From an uncultured Actinomycetota bacterium (GTDB lineage Bacteria > Actinomycetota > Actinomycetes > Propionibacteriales > Nocardioidaceae): a DNA stretch of 64,000 bases. The notes below the pieces were generated by a model that saw nothing but the letters and a program-made list of their open reading frames with translations, was not told the DNA's origin and searched no databases. The stretch is taken from assembly GCA_963759975.1 (NCBI GenBank), contig CAVXBS010000018.1, positions 495,798 through 559,797 of the forward strand, written 5' to 3'. How positions within the stretch are numbered: position 1 is the first letter of the stretch; the number at the start of each line of letters is the position of its first letter. The position numbers and the translations under genes were made by a program. This document shows, piece after piece, positions 40,367 through 50,579 of the stretch.

Positions 40367-41152
40367 ATGAGCAACGACCTCTCGACCGACTTCGCCGGCC
40401 TGCCCGGCGCCGCCCTCGTGGTCGGCGGCAGCGGTGGCCTCGGCGCCGAGATTGCTCGTACGCTCGCCGCGCGGGGCAGCGATGTCGCGGTGACCTATCG
40501 GGAAAATGCCGATGCCGGCAGCGCTGTGGCAGCAGCCGCGGCCGCGCTCGGCGTACGGTCGTCGGCCCATGCGCTCGACGTGACGGTGGCCGCTGCGTGT
40601 GCGTCCGTGCTGACCGAGGTCGCGAGGGCGTACGACGGCCTGCACACGCTCGTCCACGCCGCGGGGCCGCACGTCCCGATGGTCCATCTGTCGACCGTCT
40701 CGCCCGCCGACTTCGCCGAACAGCTCACGCAGGACGCCGTGGGGTTCTTCAACCTCGTGCAGCCCGCCCTGCCCCTGCTCCGGCAGACCCAGGGATCGAT
40801 CGTCGCGGTCACCACTGCCGCGACCGCACGCTTTCCCGTGCGCGACGGACTCTCGTCGGCGCCCAAGGGAGCCGTCGAGCAGGTCCTGCGCGCGCTCGCC
40901 GTGGAGGAAGGCCGCTTCGGCGTGCGGGTCAACGCAGTCGGGCCCGGGATGCTGACCGACGGCATGGCTGCGCGACTCATCGAGTCGGGCGAGCTCGACG
41001 ACGAGGCGCTGGAGATCACCCGCCGCAACATCCCGCTGCGGCGCTTCGGCAACGCCGCCGACATCGCCGAGGCCGTGTGCTTCCTGGCCTCAGCGAGGGC
41101 CGGATTCATCACGGGTCAGAAGCTCGACATCGACGGCGGCTACACGGTATGA
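40367..41152 (+). CDS. SDR oxidoreductase (atypical active site)
   Basis: VGGSGGLG; SSAPK in place of YxxxK; VRVNAVGPG; DGG. Confidence 0.8.
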   Translation: MSNDLSTDFAGLPGAALVVGGSGGLGAEIARTLAARGSDVAVTYRENADAGSAVAAAAAALGVRSSAHALDVTVAAACASVLTEVARAYDGLHTLVHAAGPHVPMVHLSTVSPADFAEQLTQDAVGFFNLVQPALPLLRQTQGSIVAVTTAATARFPVRDGLSSAPKGAVEQVLRALAVEEGRFGVRVNAVGPGMLTDGMAARLIESGELDDEALEITRRNIPLRRFGNAADIAEAVCFLASARAGFITGQKLDIDGGYTV

Positions 41153-41902
41153 CGCCGTTCGCCGGGCGCAGCATCCTGGTCACCGGAGCGTCGTCAGGAC
41201 TCGGTGCCGCTGCCGTCCGCCGGTTCGCCGCCGCCGGTGGCCTCGTCCACGCCGCCTCGCGGGACCAGGCGAAGCTCGCCGAGGTTGCCGCGTCCTGCGC
41301 CGACCTGCCGGGCGAAGTCCGGTTCGGCGCGCTCGACGTGACGTCTGCCGCCGACTGCCGAGCCGCGGTCGCCGCCACCGTCGACGCGTACGGGCGCCTC
41401 GACGTGCTGGTCAACAATGCGGGCCGGCACGACTTCCGGGTGACGACGGACGTCACCGAAGGAGCAGTGGGACGCCGACATCGCCCTCAACCTCAGCGGC
41501 GCGTTCCACCTGAGCCAGGCCGCGATCCCGCATCTGCTGGAGACCGGCGGCAACATCGTCAACGTCGCCTCGGTGGCCGGCGTCGTGGGCGAGGCCTACT
41601 CAGCGGCCTACACCGCCGCGAAGCACGGGATCGTGGGGCTCACGAAGGCCTTGGCGATCGAGTACCTGGACACACCGTTGCGGGTCAACTGCATCTGCCC
41701 GGGCGGCATGGACACCCCGCAGGCACAGACCATCAGCGTGCCGGACGACGCCGACTGGGAGCTGATCATGCGCGTCGCTGCGAAGCGTGGGCTGATGGAC
41801 GCCGACAGCGTCGCGGCGGTCATCACATTCCTGGCGTCCGACGAAGCGTCCTCCATCCACGGCAGCATCCAGATGGTCGACCACGGCCACCTGGCCGGCT
41901 GA
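41149..41902 (+). CDS. SDR oxidoreductase (frameshift near 41460)
   Basis: TGASSGLG, NNAG, YTAAK, VNCICPG. Confidence 0.8.
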
Positions 41903-41920
41903 GCCCCGGCCGCTTGGCTG

Positions 41921-43309
41921 TCAGCTGCAGATCGAGTCGCTGGCCGTGCGGGTCGTCGCCTTGACGGCGTCGGGCGTGGCCGGCTCGAAGCCCGCGTTGA
42001 CCCGGTCGGCCCCCACGATCAGCCAGACGCCCGTCATGCCGCTGGGCTGCTCGACGATCTCGGCCTTGAAGCCGAACTTCTTGTCGAGGGCCTTGGCGGT
42101 CTTGAGCGCCTCGGGGGTGCTGTCGACGAAGATGCGGGTCCGCGCCGAGTTCTTCTGCGCGGTCTCGACACCGGAGACCACGTAGCCCTCCTTGACCAGC
42201 GCGGCCTGGGCCGACGAGGCAAGCCCCTGGGTGCCGGCGGCGTTGAGCACCTTGACCGGGGTCTTGGGTGCCGTGGCGGTCTCGGTGTCCTTGCTCTCGA
42301 CCGGGACCTCACGATCCTTGGCGATCGAGGCGAAGATCGTGTCCGCGTCGGCCGTCTTGACGACCCGGTTGGGGTCGGTCGGCGCCGTACCGTTGGGCAT
42401 CGTGATGAACCGGATCTTGGAGTCCGGCACGGCCCTGGCCCGCTTGGCGAGGCCCGTGAGCTTGGAGATCGACGAGATCCCCTCGTCGACGGTGATCGAC
42501 GAGGTCAGGGCATTGAGGAACTTGAACAGCCGGTCAGGGCGGGTCAGCACGCCGGCGCTCCGGGCCCGGCCGATGATCGACGACATGACGACCTGCTGGT
42601 GACCGAGCCGGCCGATGTCGCTGCCGTCGCCGACGGCGTGGCGCGTACGGGCCAGGGCGAGAGCGTTCTTGCCGTTGAGCTTCTGCTTGCCGGCCGGCAG
42701 GTCGAGCTTGGCGTCGGGGTCGACCATGGGCTTGTCCAGGCACACGTTGACGCCGCCGAGGGCGTTGACCATCGAGGCGAAGCCGTCGAAGTCGAGCTGC
42801 ACGAAATGGTCGATGTGGACGTTGCTCAGGGCCTCGACCGCGCGCACCGAGCAGGCCGGGCCGCCGGCCAGCGCCGAGTTGATCATCAGGTTGGCGCCGC
42901 CGGCGAAGGCTCCGCTCCCGGTGTCCTTGCAGGCAGGCAGGTTCGTGAGCGTGTCACGCGGGATCTGGACGGCGTCGACGCGCTTGTTGTCCTTGGCGAA
43001 GTGCACCAGCATCAGCGCGTCGCTGCGCTGTCCGGCCTCGTTGCCGTAGCCCTTGGACTTGAGCTTGCGGGAGTCCGAGCCGATGAACAAGATGTTGGTC
43101 GCGCCCTTGGGGGTGTCGTCCTTGACGACGTGATCCTTGTCGCCGAGCGACGCCGACGCGATGTTGCCGTTGAGCTTCCAGAACGCCGCCGCGCCACCGA
43201 TGCCGAGCACCAGCGCGAACACACCGACCCCGATCACGAGGCGTCGCCAGACCCGCTTCGGGCGGCGTCGCGCTCCCCTGGGCGTGGGTGGCGTCTCAGT
43301 GCTCGTCAC
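41921..43309 (-). CDS. LCP (LytR-CpsA-Psr) family protein with LytR C-terminal domain
   Basis: TM helix; NILFIGSDSR, RSDALML, IPRD, ARTRH, SDIGR; VKVLNAAG. Confidence 0.9.
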   Translation of the reverse strand: MTSTETPPTPRGARRRPKRVWRRLVIGVGVFALVLGIGGAAAFWKLNGNIASASLGDKDHVVKDDTPKGATNILFIGSDSRKLKSKGYGNEAGQRSDALMLVHFAKDNKRVDAVQIPRDTLTNLPACKDTGSGAFAGGANLMINSALAGGPACSVRAVEALSNVHIDHFVQLDFDGFASMVNALGGVNVCLDKPMVDPDAKLDLPAGKQKLNGKNALALARTRHAVGDGSDIGRLGHQQVVMSSIIGRARSAGVLTRPDRLFKFLNALTSSITVDEGISSISKLTGLAKRARAVPDSKIRFITMPNGTAPTDPNRVVKTADADTIFASIAKDREVPVESKDTETATAPKTPVKVLNAAGTQGLASSAQAALVKEGYVVSGVETAQKNSARTRIFVDSTPEALKTAKALDKKFGFKAEIVEQPSGMTGVWLIVGADRVNAGFEPATPDAVKATTRTASDSICS

Positions 43310-43443
43310 GGGGTGGATCTCCTGCAGGGTCGAGGGCCGGTCAAGGACCGGCAGAATTGCTTAGGATACGAGCCAGACCTGAGAGAACCGTGTGAACGCG
43401 ACGTGACGCTCCCCACGGCCCGTTCCGGGACCACATCGCCAGC

Positions 43444-43914
43444 TCACGGCGTGGGGGTCAGCAGGAACAGCTTGATCTGCCGGTTCGTCCGCGCCTCGTA
43501 CTTCGCGAAGTTGGGCCACATGTCGAGCAGATGCGCCCACGCGGCCTCGCGCTCATCGCCCTGGAGCCGGCGGACGACCATCATCGACGTACGGCGCCGG
43601 AACCGCACCGTGACCTCGGGGTTGGCCTCGATGTTCTTGACCCACATCGGCTCCTTGTCGCCGCCGAAGTTGGAGCCGGCGATGAGGATGTCCGGCCCGT
43701 ACGGCGAGCACAGCAGCGGGGTGTCGCGCGGGATCCCGCTCCTGCGGCCGACCGCCGTGAGCATCAGGTTGGGCAGCCCGGCGAAGTCGAGCAGCGTGAG
43801 GCGGCCCCGAGTCACCCGCTGGAGCAGCTTGTCGAACCACATGATCTGCGGCAGGATCCGCGGCAGCCACGAGATGGCGCCGACGCGGATGGCGAGTGGA
43901 GTGAGCAGGCCCAT
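43444..43914 (-). CDS. F420-dependent nitroreductase-family oxidoreductase (Ddn/Rv3547-like)
   Basis: LTAVGRRSG, GSNFGG..EPMWVKN, WPNFAKYEARTNRQI; next to Rv3548c-like gene. Confidence 0.82.
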   Translation of the reverse strand: MGLLTPLAIRVGAISWLPRILPQIMWFDKLLQRVTRGRLTLLDFAGLPNLMLTAVGRRSGIPRDTPLLCSPYGPDILIAGSNFGGDKEPMWVKNIEANPEVTVRFRRRTSMMVVRRLQGDEREAAWAHLLDMWPNFAKYEARTNRQIKLFLLTPTP

Positions 43915-43923
43915 GGCGGAAGA

Positions 43924-44812
43924 CTACGGCGCGACAGTCGTGCCGTAGACGGGTTCGGGGCCTGCGGCTTCGGCGATCAGGTCGCGCAGCGCGGGTCCGA
44001 CCTCGTCGGCCGCCCAGCGTCGGCCGGCGTCCCGCCGTGGCCCGTGGGTCCAGCCCTGCTCGAGGCAGATCTGGCCGCCTTCGATCTCGATGACCCGTCC
44101 GGTGATGCTCCTTGGCGTCGACCGACGCGAGCCAGGCGACGACAGGTGAGTTGTCCTCCGGCTCAGCCATCGCCGACGTGTCGAACGCACCCTCGGTCAT
44201 GCGCGTCCGGGCCACCGGGGCGATCGCGTTGACCGTGACGCCGTACCGGCCCATCTCGGCGGCGGCGACCAGCGTCATGCCGGCGATGCCCGCCTTGGCC
44301 GCGGAGTACGTCGTCTGCCCGATCGAGCCCTGGAGCCCGGCGCCGGACGACGTGTTGATGACGCGAGCGGCGCGTTGCCGGCCCTCCTTGGACTCCGTCC
44401 GCCAGTACGCCCCGGCGTGCCGCAGCGGCGCGAAGTGACCCTTGAGGTGCACCCGGATGACCGAGTCCCACTCCTCCTCGGACGTGTTGACCAGCATCCG
44501 GTCGCGGACGAAGCCGGCGTTGTTGACCAGGATGTCGAGCCCGCCGTACGTGTCGATCGCCTGCCGGACCATCGACTCGGCCTGGGCGAAGTCGGCCACG
44601 TCGGCACCGTTGGTCACGGCCTCGCCGCCGAGCGCCCGGATCTCGGCCACCACCGCGTCGGCCGGCGACTCCTCCTTCTCCCCCGCCAGCGAGACGCCGA
44701 AGTCGTTGACCACGACCTTCGCGCCCTGCCGGGCCAGCTCGAGCGCGTGCGCCCGGCCGATGCCGCGGCCCGCTCCGGTGACGATCGCGATCCGACCTGC
44801 GAGAAGGGTCAT
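43924..44812 (-). CDS. SDR, Rv3548c-like (frameshift near 44105)
   Basis: TGAGRGIG, NNAGFVRDRM, INTSSGAGLQGSIGQ, YSAAK. Confidence 0.82.
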
Positions 44813-45577
44813 GCGTGCTCCTTGGTGACGACGTGGAGGAAGACGGGTGGCTCGCCGCCGCCGTGACAGGCGACGGTGGCGCCCGAGACGTACGACGCGA
44901 GGTCGGACGCCAGGAACGCGACGACCCGGCCGACCTCCTCGGGCTCGGCCATGCGGCCCAGCGGGATCGTGGCCTCGACCGCGGCCACCGTCGCGTCGTC
45001 GCCGTAGTGATCGGCGGTCTGCTCGGTGCGGCACAGGCCGACGTCGATGCTGTTGACGCGGACGCGAGGCCCCCACTCGACGGCGAGCGTCCTGGTCAGC
45101 GAGTCGACCCCGGCCTTCGCTGCGCCGTACGACGCGGTGCCGGGCGAGGGTCGCAGCGCCGAGACCGACGAGATGTTGACGATGGCCCCGCCGTCCGGCT
45201 GCCGCTGCATGACCGCGTTGGCCGCCTTGGACACCGTCAGCACAGCGGAGAGGTTGAGGCCGAGGATCTTGTCGTCGAGCCGTGGGCTCGAGTCGGCCGC
45301 CAAGGCGTACGGGGCACCGCCGGCGTTGTTGACGACGATGTCGAGGCGGCCGTGGCTCGCGACGATGCCGGCGATCAGCGCGTCGACTGGCTTCGGATCT
45401 CGCACGTCGCAGACCCGGTGCTCGGTGCCGCGCCACCGGATCGTCGGTGCCGGACCGGCCGCACGTGACCACGGTGGCGCCCGCCTCGACGAGGACCGCA
45501 GCGATGCCGCGGCCGATCCCGCGCGAGCCGCCGGTCACGAGGGCGACGCGTCCGGAGAGGTCCAAAGCCAGAGTCAT
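44809..45577 (-). CDS. SDR, Rv3549c-like (frameshift near 45420)
   Basis: TGGSRGIG, NNAGGAP, RPSPGTASYGAAK, HGGGEPP. Confidence 0.82.
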
Positions 45578-45588
45578 GCTGACAGGCT

Positions 45589-45606
45589 ACCAAGCAAATG
45601 TTAGGT
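45589..45606. promoter_or_regulatory. Probable KstR2 operator between Rv3549c-like and echA20
   Basis: ACCAAGCAAATGTTAGGT, imperfect palindrome sharing TACCAAGCA with the 59996 site. Confidence 0.65.
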
Positions 45607-45614
45607 TGGCAGCC

Positions 45615-46412
45615 ATGAGCCTACGTTCTGAGCTGCGCGACGACGGCATTCGCGTCGTCACGATGGATCACCCGCCGGTCAACGCGCTGCCCGTGCAGGG
45701 CTGGTCCGACGTGGCGGACGCGATGGACGAGGCCGGCGCCGATCCGGCCACCAAGGTCGTCGTGCTGCGCGCCGAAGGCAAGGGCTTCAACGCCGGCGTG
45801 GACATCAAGGAGATGCAGAACACCACAGGCTTCGACGCGCTCATCGGCGCCAACAAGGGTTGCTACGCCGCATTCAAGGCCGTGTACGAGTGCGCCGTGC
45901 CGGTCATCGTCGCGGTGCACGGGTTCTGCCTCGGCGGCGGCGTCGGCCTGGTCGGCAACTCCGACATCGTGGTCGCCAGCGACGACGCGTACTTCGGCGT
46001 GCCCGAGGTCAATCAGGGTGCGCTCGGTGCCGCCACCCACCTCGCCCGCCTCGTGCCGCAGCACCTGATGCGCACCCTCTACTTCACCGCCCGCACGATC
46101 CCGGCGACCGATCTCGTGCAGCACGGCTCGGTGTACGCCGTCGTGCCGCGGGACGAGCTCGACGACCTGGCACTGGGCCTCGCCGCCGAGATCGCCGCCA
46201 AGGACACGCGGGTCATCCGCGCCGCCAAGGAGGCGCTCAACGGCATCGACCCGGTCGACGTCAACACGAGCTATCGCTTCGAGCAGGGATTCACGATGGA
46301 GCTCAACCTCATGGGCGTGAGCGATGAGCTCCGCGACGACTTCGGGCGGGCACCGACAAGGCGCGGGCGGACAACGCATGAAAGCGCCGTCGAAGGAGCT
46401 GACGATCGATGA
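45615..46412 (+). CDS. echA20: Enoyl-CoA hydratase EchA20 (true stop probably 46381)
   Basis: PPVNALP, FNAGVDIKE, GFCLGGG.GL, GALGAATHL, SYRFEQGFT. Confidence 0.88.
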   Translation: MSLRSELRDDGIRVVTMDHPPVNALPVQGWSDVADAMDEAGADPATKVVVLRAEGKGFNAGVDIKEMQNTTGFDALIGANKGCYAAFKAVYECAVPVIVAVHGFCLGGGVGLVGNSDIVVASDDAYFGVPEVNQGALGAATHLARLVPQHLMRTLYFTARTIPATDLVQHGSVYAVVPRDELDDLALGLAAEIAAKDTRVIRAAKEALNGIDPVDVNTSYRFEQGFTMELNLMGVSDELRDDFGRAPTRRGRTTHESAVEGADDR

Positions 46413-47253
46413 GGTCGTCGGCCGCATCGAGAGCGGCATGACCGTCGGCATCGGCGGCTGGGGCTCGCGTCGCAAGCCGATGGCGCTCGTACGGGCGATC
46501 CTGCGCAGCGACCTGACCGACCTGCACGTCGTCTCGTACGCCGGCCCGGACGTCGGCCTCCTGCTCGCCGCCGGCAAGGCCAGCCGGGCGACGTACGCCT
46601 TCGCGACCCTCGACTCGATCCCGCTCGAGCCGTTGTTCAGCAGGGCTCGCGTCGAGGGCACGGCGGAGTTCCGCGAGTGGGACGAGGGCATGTTCCAGAC
46701 CGGCCTGCGCGCCGCCGCCCAGCGTGTCCCGTTCCTGCCGATGCGTGCCGGCCTCGGCTCCGCCGTGCTCGAGAACGACTCGCGACCTCCGCACGGTCGC
46801 TGTCGCCGTACGACGACGGCGAGGAGCTGGTCGCCGTGCCGGCGCTCACCCTCGACGTCGCCCTGGTGCACATGAACCGCGCGGACACGCAGGGCAACGC
46901 GCAGTACCTCGGCCCGGACCCCTACTTCGACGACCTGTTCTGCATGGCGGCGCGCGAGGCGTACGTGTCGACCGAGCAGATCATCGACACCGCCGGGCTG
47001 ACGGTCGACGCACCCCTGCAGAGCCTGCTGCTCAACCGCACGATGGTCGACCGGCGTCGTCGAGACGCCGAACGGTGCGCACTTCACCGACTGCACCCCG
47101 ACGTACGGGCGCGACGAGGCGTTCCAGAAGGCGTACGCCACGGCGGCGAAGACGCCGGAGGACTGGGCTGCGTTCCACGAGCGCTTCCTTTCAGGCGACG
47201 AGGCGGCCTACCAAGCCGCGGTCACCGCGTTCCACGAGGAGGCCCCGGCATGA
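46378..47253 (+). CDS. ipdA: Ring-cleaving hydrolase subunit IpdA (frameshifted)
   Basis: GIGGWGSRRKPMALVR, E.DEGM, YLGPDPYFDDLF. Confidence 0.88.
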
Positions 47254-48008
47254 CCGTCACCCGATCCGAGTACTGCGCCGTCGCCATCGCCGACTGCTTC
47301 GCCGACGACGGCGAGATCATGGGCAGCCCCATGGGACTGCTGCCCACGCTCGGCGCCAGGCTGGCCAAGAACACGTCCAACCCCCTGCTGCTGCTGACCG
47401 ATGGCGAGGCGCGGATCCTGCGCGGCACACCTCCGCTCGGCCAGACCGCCGACGTCACCGAGGGCTGGATGCCGTTCCGGCTCGTGCTCGAGTCCGTGGT
47501 CCCGTACGGCAAGCGGCACGTCATGATGGGCGCCACCCAGATCGACCGCCAGGGCAACCAGAACATCTCGGCGATCGGCCCATGGGACCGGCCGACGCGC
47601 CAGCTGCTGGGCGTACGCGGTGCGCCCGGCAACACCGTCAACAACCGGACGTCCTACTGGGTCCCGAAGCACTCCCCGCGCGTCGTCGTCGAGCAGGTCG
47701 ACATCGTCTCCGGCATCGGCCGCACCCGGGCCGAAGCCGCCGGGCCGGCCGCCACCCGCTTCCACGACGTGCACCGGCTCGTCACCAACCTCGGCGTGTT
47801 CGACTTCGGCGGACCCGGGCACACGATGCGGTTCGTCTCGGTCCACCCCGGCGTGACGGTCGATGACGTACGCGAGGCGAGCGGCTGCGAGATCCACGCG
47901 GACGGTGACGTGCCCGAGACGCGTACGCCCACCGACGGCGAGCTGGTCCTGATCCGGGAGCTCCTCGACCCCAAGGGTCTGCGCGAGCGGGAAGTGCCGT
48001 CAGCGTGA
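47250..48008 (+). CDS. ipdB: Ring-cleaving hydrolase subunit IpdB
   Basis: LLTDGEA, EGWMPF, GNQNIS, LLGVRGAPGN, SYWVPKHS. Confidence 0.9.
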   Translation: MTVTRSEYCAVAIADCFADDGEIMGSPMGLLPTLGARLAKNTSNPLLLLTDGEARILRGTPPLGQTADVTEGWMPFRLVLESVVPYGKRHVMMGATQIDRQGNQNISAIGPWDRPTRQLLGVRGAPGNTVNNRTSYWVPKHSPRVVVEQVDIVSGIGRTRAEAAGPAATRFHDVHRLVTNLGVFDFGGPGHTMRFVSVHPGVTVDDVREASGCEIHADGDVPETRTPTDGELVLIRELLDPKGLREREVPSA

Positions 48009-49073
48009 TCGAGCAGCTGCTGTCGACCCCGCTCACCGAGCTGACCGGCGTACGCCATCCCGTCGTCCAGACCGGCATGGGCTGGGTCGCCGGCCCGAGC
48101 CTCGTCAGCGGCACCGCCAACGCCGGAGGTCTCGGCATCCTCGCGTCGGCGACCATGACGATCGCCGAGCTCGAGCAGGCCATCATCGAGGTCAAGGAGC
48201 GCACGGACGCTCCGTTCGGGGTCAACCTGCGCGCCGACGCCGCCGACGCGGCGGCCCGCTGCGACCTGCTCATCGCGTACGGCGTCAAGGTCGCGTCGTT
48301 CGCGCTCGCGCCCAAGCCCGAGCTGATCGCCACGCTCAAGGAGCACGACATCGTCGTGATCCCCAGCGTCGGCCTGCCCAAGCACGCAGTGAAGGTCGCG
48401 TCGTGGGGCGCCGACGCCGTGATGATCCAGGGCGGCGAGGGCGGTGGGCACACCGGCTCGGTGCCGACCACCCTGCTGCTGCCGACGGTCCTCGACGCCG
48501 TCGACATCCCGGTCATCGCCGCAGGCGGGTTCTTCGACGGTCGCGGGCTGGCCGCCGCCCTGTCGTACGGCGCGGCCGGCGTCGGCATGGGCACTCGGTT
48601 CCTGCTGACCGCCGACAGCCGCGTGCCGGACACCGTGAAGCAGCGCTACCTGGCGGCGAGCCTCGACGACACCGTCGTCACCAGGAAGGTCGACGGCATG
48701 CCGCACCGCATGCTCCGCACCGACCTCGTCGAGCAGGTCGAGGCGCGGCTCCGGCTTGCGACGCCTGGTGCCGACCGCGCGGCGGACGCTGGAGTTCAAG
48801 CGCATGGCCGGCATGACCTGGAAGCAGCTCGCCGTCGACGGCCGGGCGATGCGCAAGGAGCAGGGCCGCACGCTCGGCCAGCTCGCCCTCGCCGCCAACA
48901 CCCCGATGATGCTCAAGGCGGGACTCGTCGACGGCGATGCGACCGCCGGCGTGCTCGCCTCCGGCCAGGTGGTGGGCGTCATCGACGACCTGCCGACGTG
49001 CGAGGAGCTGATCGACCGCGTCGTCACCGAGGCGGCAGCGGCGCTGAAGCGAGCCGGCAGCTACCTGGTCTGA
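48005..49073 (+). CDS. ipdC: IpdC (Rv3553-like) enoyl-CoA reductase (frameshift near 48745)
   Basis: VVQTGMGWVAG, QGGEGGGHTG, AGGFFDGRGL, GVLASGQV. Confidence 0.87.
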
Positions 49074-49162
49074 ATTCTTGGACAGGTTGGCGCGATCGAG
49101 GCTGGACGGCCCGAAGCGGCCCATTCATGCTGGGTGAGTCACCTGCAGGAAGGGCAGTCTCG

Positions 49163-49810
49163 ATGTCACGCGTCAGGATCCACAACTTTTCCATCTCGCT
49201 CGACGGCTTCGGCGCCGGGGAGCCACAGACGGCCGAGACGCCGTTCGGGCACGCCGGTGAACGTCTGCACGAGTGGATGTTCGTCACGCAGTTCTTCCAC
49301 CAGATGGGCGGTGAGCCCGGCGGCACGACCGGTGTCGACGACGCCTTCGCGCGCGGGCACGAGGCCAACATCGGCGCCGAGATCATGGGCGCCAACAAGT
49401 TCGGCCCGCCGGGATGGCACGACGATCCGGACTGGAAGGGCTGGTGGGGCCCCAACCCGCCGTTCCACACGCCGGTCTTCGTGCTCACACACCGCGAGCG
49501 TCCTTCCGTCGAGATGGAGGGCGGCACGACCTATCACTTCCTGAACGCTTCACCGGCCGAGACCCGCGACGCCGCAAGCGAGGCGGCGGGCGGGCTGGAC
49601 GTACGCATCGGCGGCGGGGCCACGGTCATCAGGGACTTCCTCGCCGCTGGTCTCGTCGACCACATGCATCTCGTCCAGGTGCCGATCGTGCTCGGCCGGG
49701 GAACGCGGGTCTGGGACGGCCAGGAGGCGCTCGAGGACTCGTACGACATCGAGGCGGTCTCGACGCCCAGCGGCGTGACCCACCTGACGTTCACTAGGAA
49801 GGGTCGCTGA
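49163..49810 (+). CDS. Dihydrofolate reductase/RibD C-terminal family protein
   Basis: FSISLDGF, GAEIMG, WGPNPPFH.PVFVLTH, IGGGA, VPIVLG.G. Confidence 0.82.
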   Translation: MSRVRIHNFSISLDGFGAGEPQTAETPFGHAGERLHEWMFVTQFFHQMGGEPGGTTGVDDAFARGHEANIGAEIMGANKFGPPGWHDDPDWKGWWGPNPPFHTPVFVLTHRERPSVEMEGGTTYHFLNASPAETRDAASEAAGGLDVRIGGGATVIRDFLAAGLVDHMHLVQVPIVLGRGTRVWDGQEALEDSYDIEAVSTPSGVTHLTFTRKGR

Positions 49811-49817
49811 AGCCTGC

Positions 49818-50579
49818 CTAGCTCGCTGCGGCGATCGCGGTGAGCATCTTGTCGGCGAGGTCGGCGCGGCAGATGACGAGGTCGGGCAGATAGGGGTGCT
49901 CAGCGTTGTAGGTCAGCGTCGAACCGTCGATCCGCGACGCATGCAGCCCGGCCGCCAGCGCGACACCCACCGGCGCCGCCGAGTCCCACTCCCACTGGCC
50001 GCCCGCGTGCAGGTAGGCGTCGGCGTCGCCGCGCAGCACCGCCATCGCCTTGGCGCCGGCTGATCCCATGGGTCGCAGCTCCGCGTCCAGGGTCTCGGCC
50101 ACCTCGGCGGCGAACGCCGGGGGCCGGCTGTCGCTCACCAGGAAGATCGGGTGGGAGTGCGGGCCCCGTACGACCGAGGACCTGGTGGTCGAGTAGACCA
50201 TCGACAGCGCCGGCTGCGCGACCGCCGCGGCCGTGATCGCCGAGCCCGGCGCACCTCGCTCCCACAGCGCCACGTGGACCGCCCAGTCGCTGCGGTCCGC
50301 CATGCCGTACTCGCGGGTGCCGTCGAGCGGGTCGATGATCCACACCCGATCGGCGGTCAGGCGTTCGGGAGAGTCGGCCGACTCCTCCGAAAGCACGGCA
50401 TCGCCGGGCCGGCGCTCGGCCAGCAGGCCCAGCAGCAGCTCGTTGGACTGTTCGTCCCCGGCGTTGCCGAGCTCCTTGCCGGTCAGGCCCGACGCGGCCT
50501 TCAGGTCGAGCAGCAGGGCTCCCGCCCGCTCGGCCAGCTCGGCCGCCAAGGCGGCATCGCGCTCGTTCACGTCGGTCAC
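49818..50579 (-). CDS. cysQ: 3'(2'),5'-bisphosphate nucleotidase CysQ
   Basis: LSEE, WIIDPLDGTREY, GSAGAK, WEWDSAAP. Confidence 0.9.
   Translation of the reverse strand: MTDVNERDAALAAELAERAGALLLDLKAASGLTGKELGNAGDEQSNELLLGLLAERRPGDAVLSEESADSPERLTADRVWIIDPLDGTREYGMADRSDWAVHVALWERGAPGSAITAAAVAQPALSMVYSTTRSSVVRGPHSHPIFLVSDSRPPAFAAEVAETLDAELRPMGSAGAKAMAVLRGDADAYLHAGGQWEWDSAAPVGVALAAGLHASRIDGSTLTYNAEHPYLPDLVICRADLADKMLTAIAAAS

Noticed and set aside
48005-49810. IpdC-RibD/DHFR fusion (601 aa ORF)
   Set aside because: The IpdC C-terminus continues in another frame and stops at 49073; the link is a frameshift artefact
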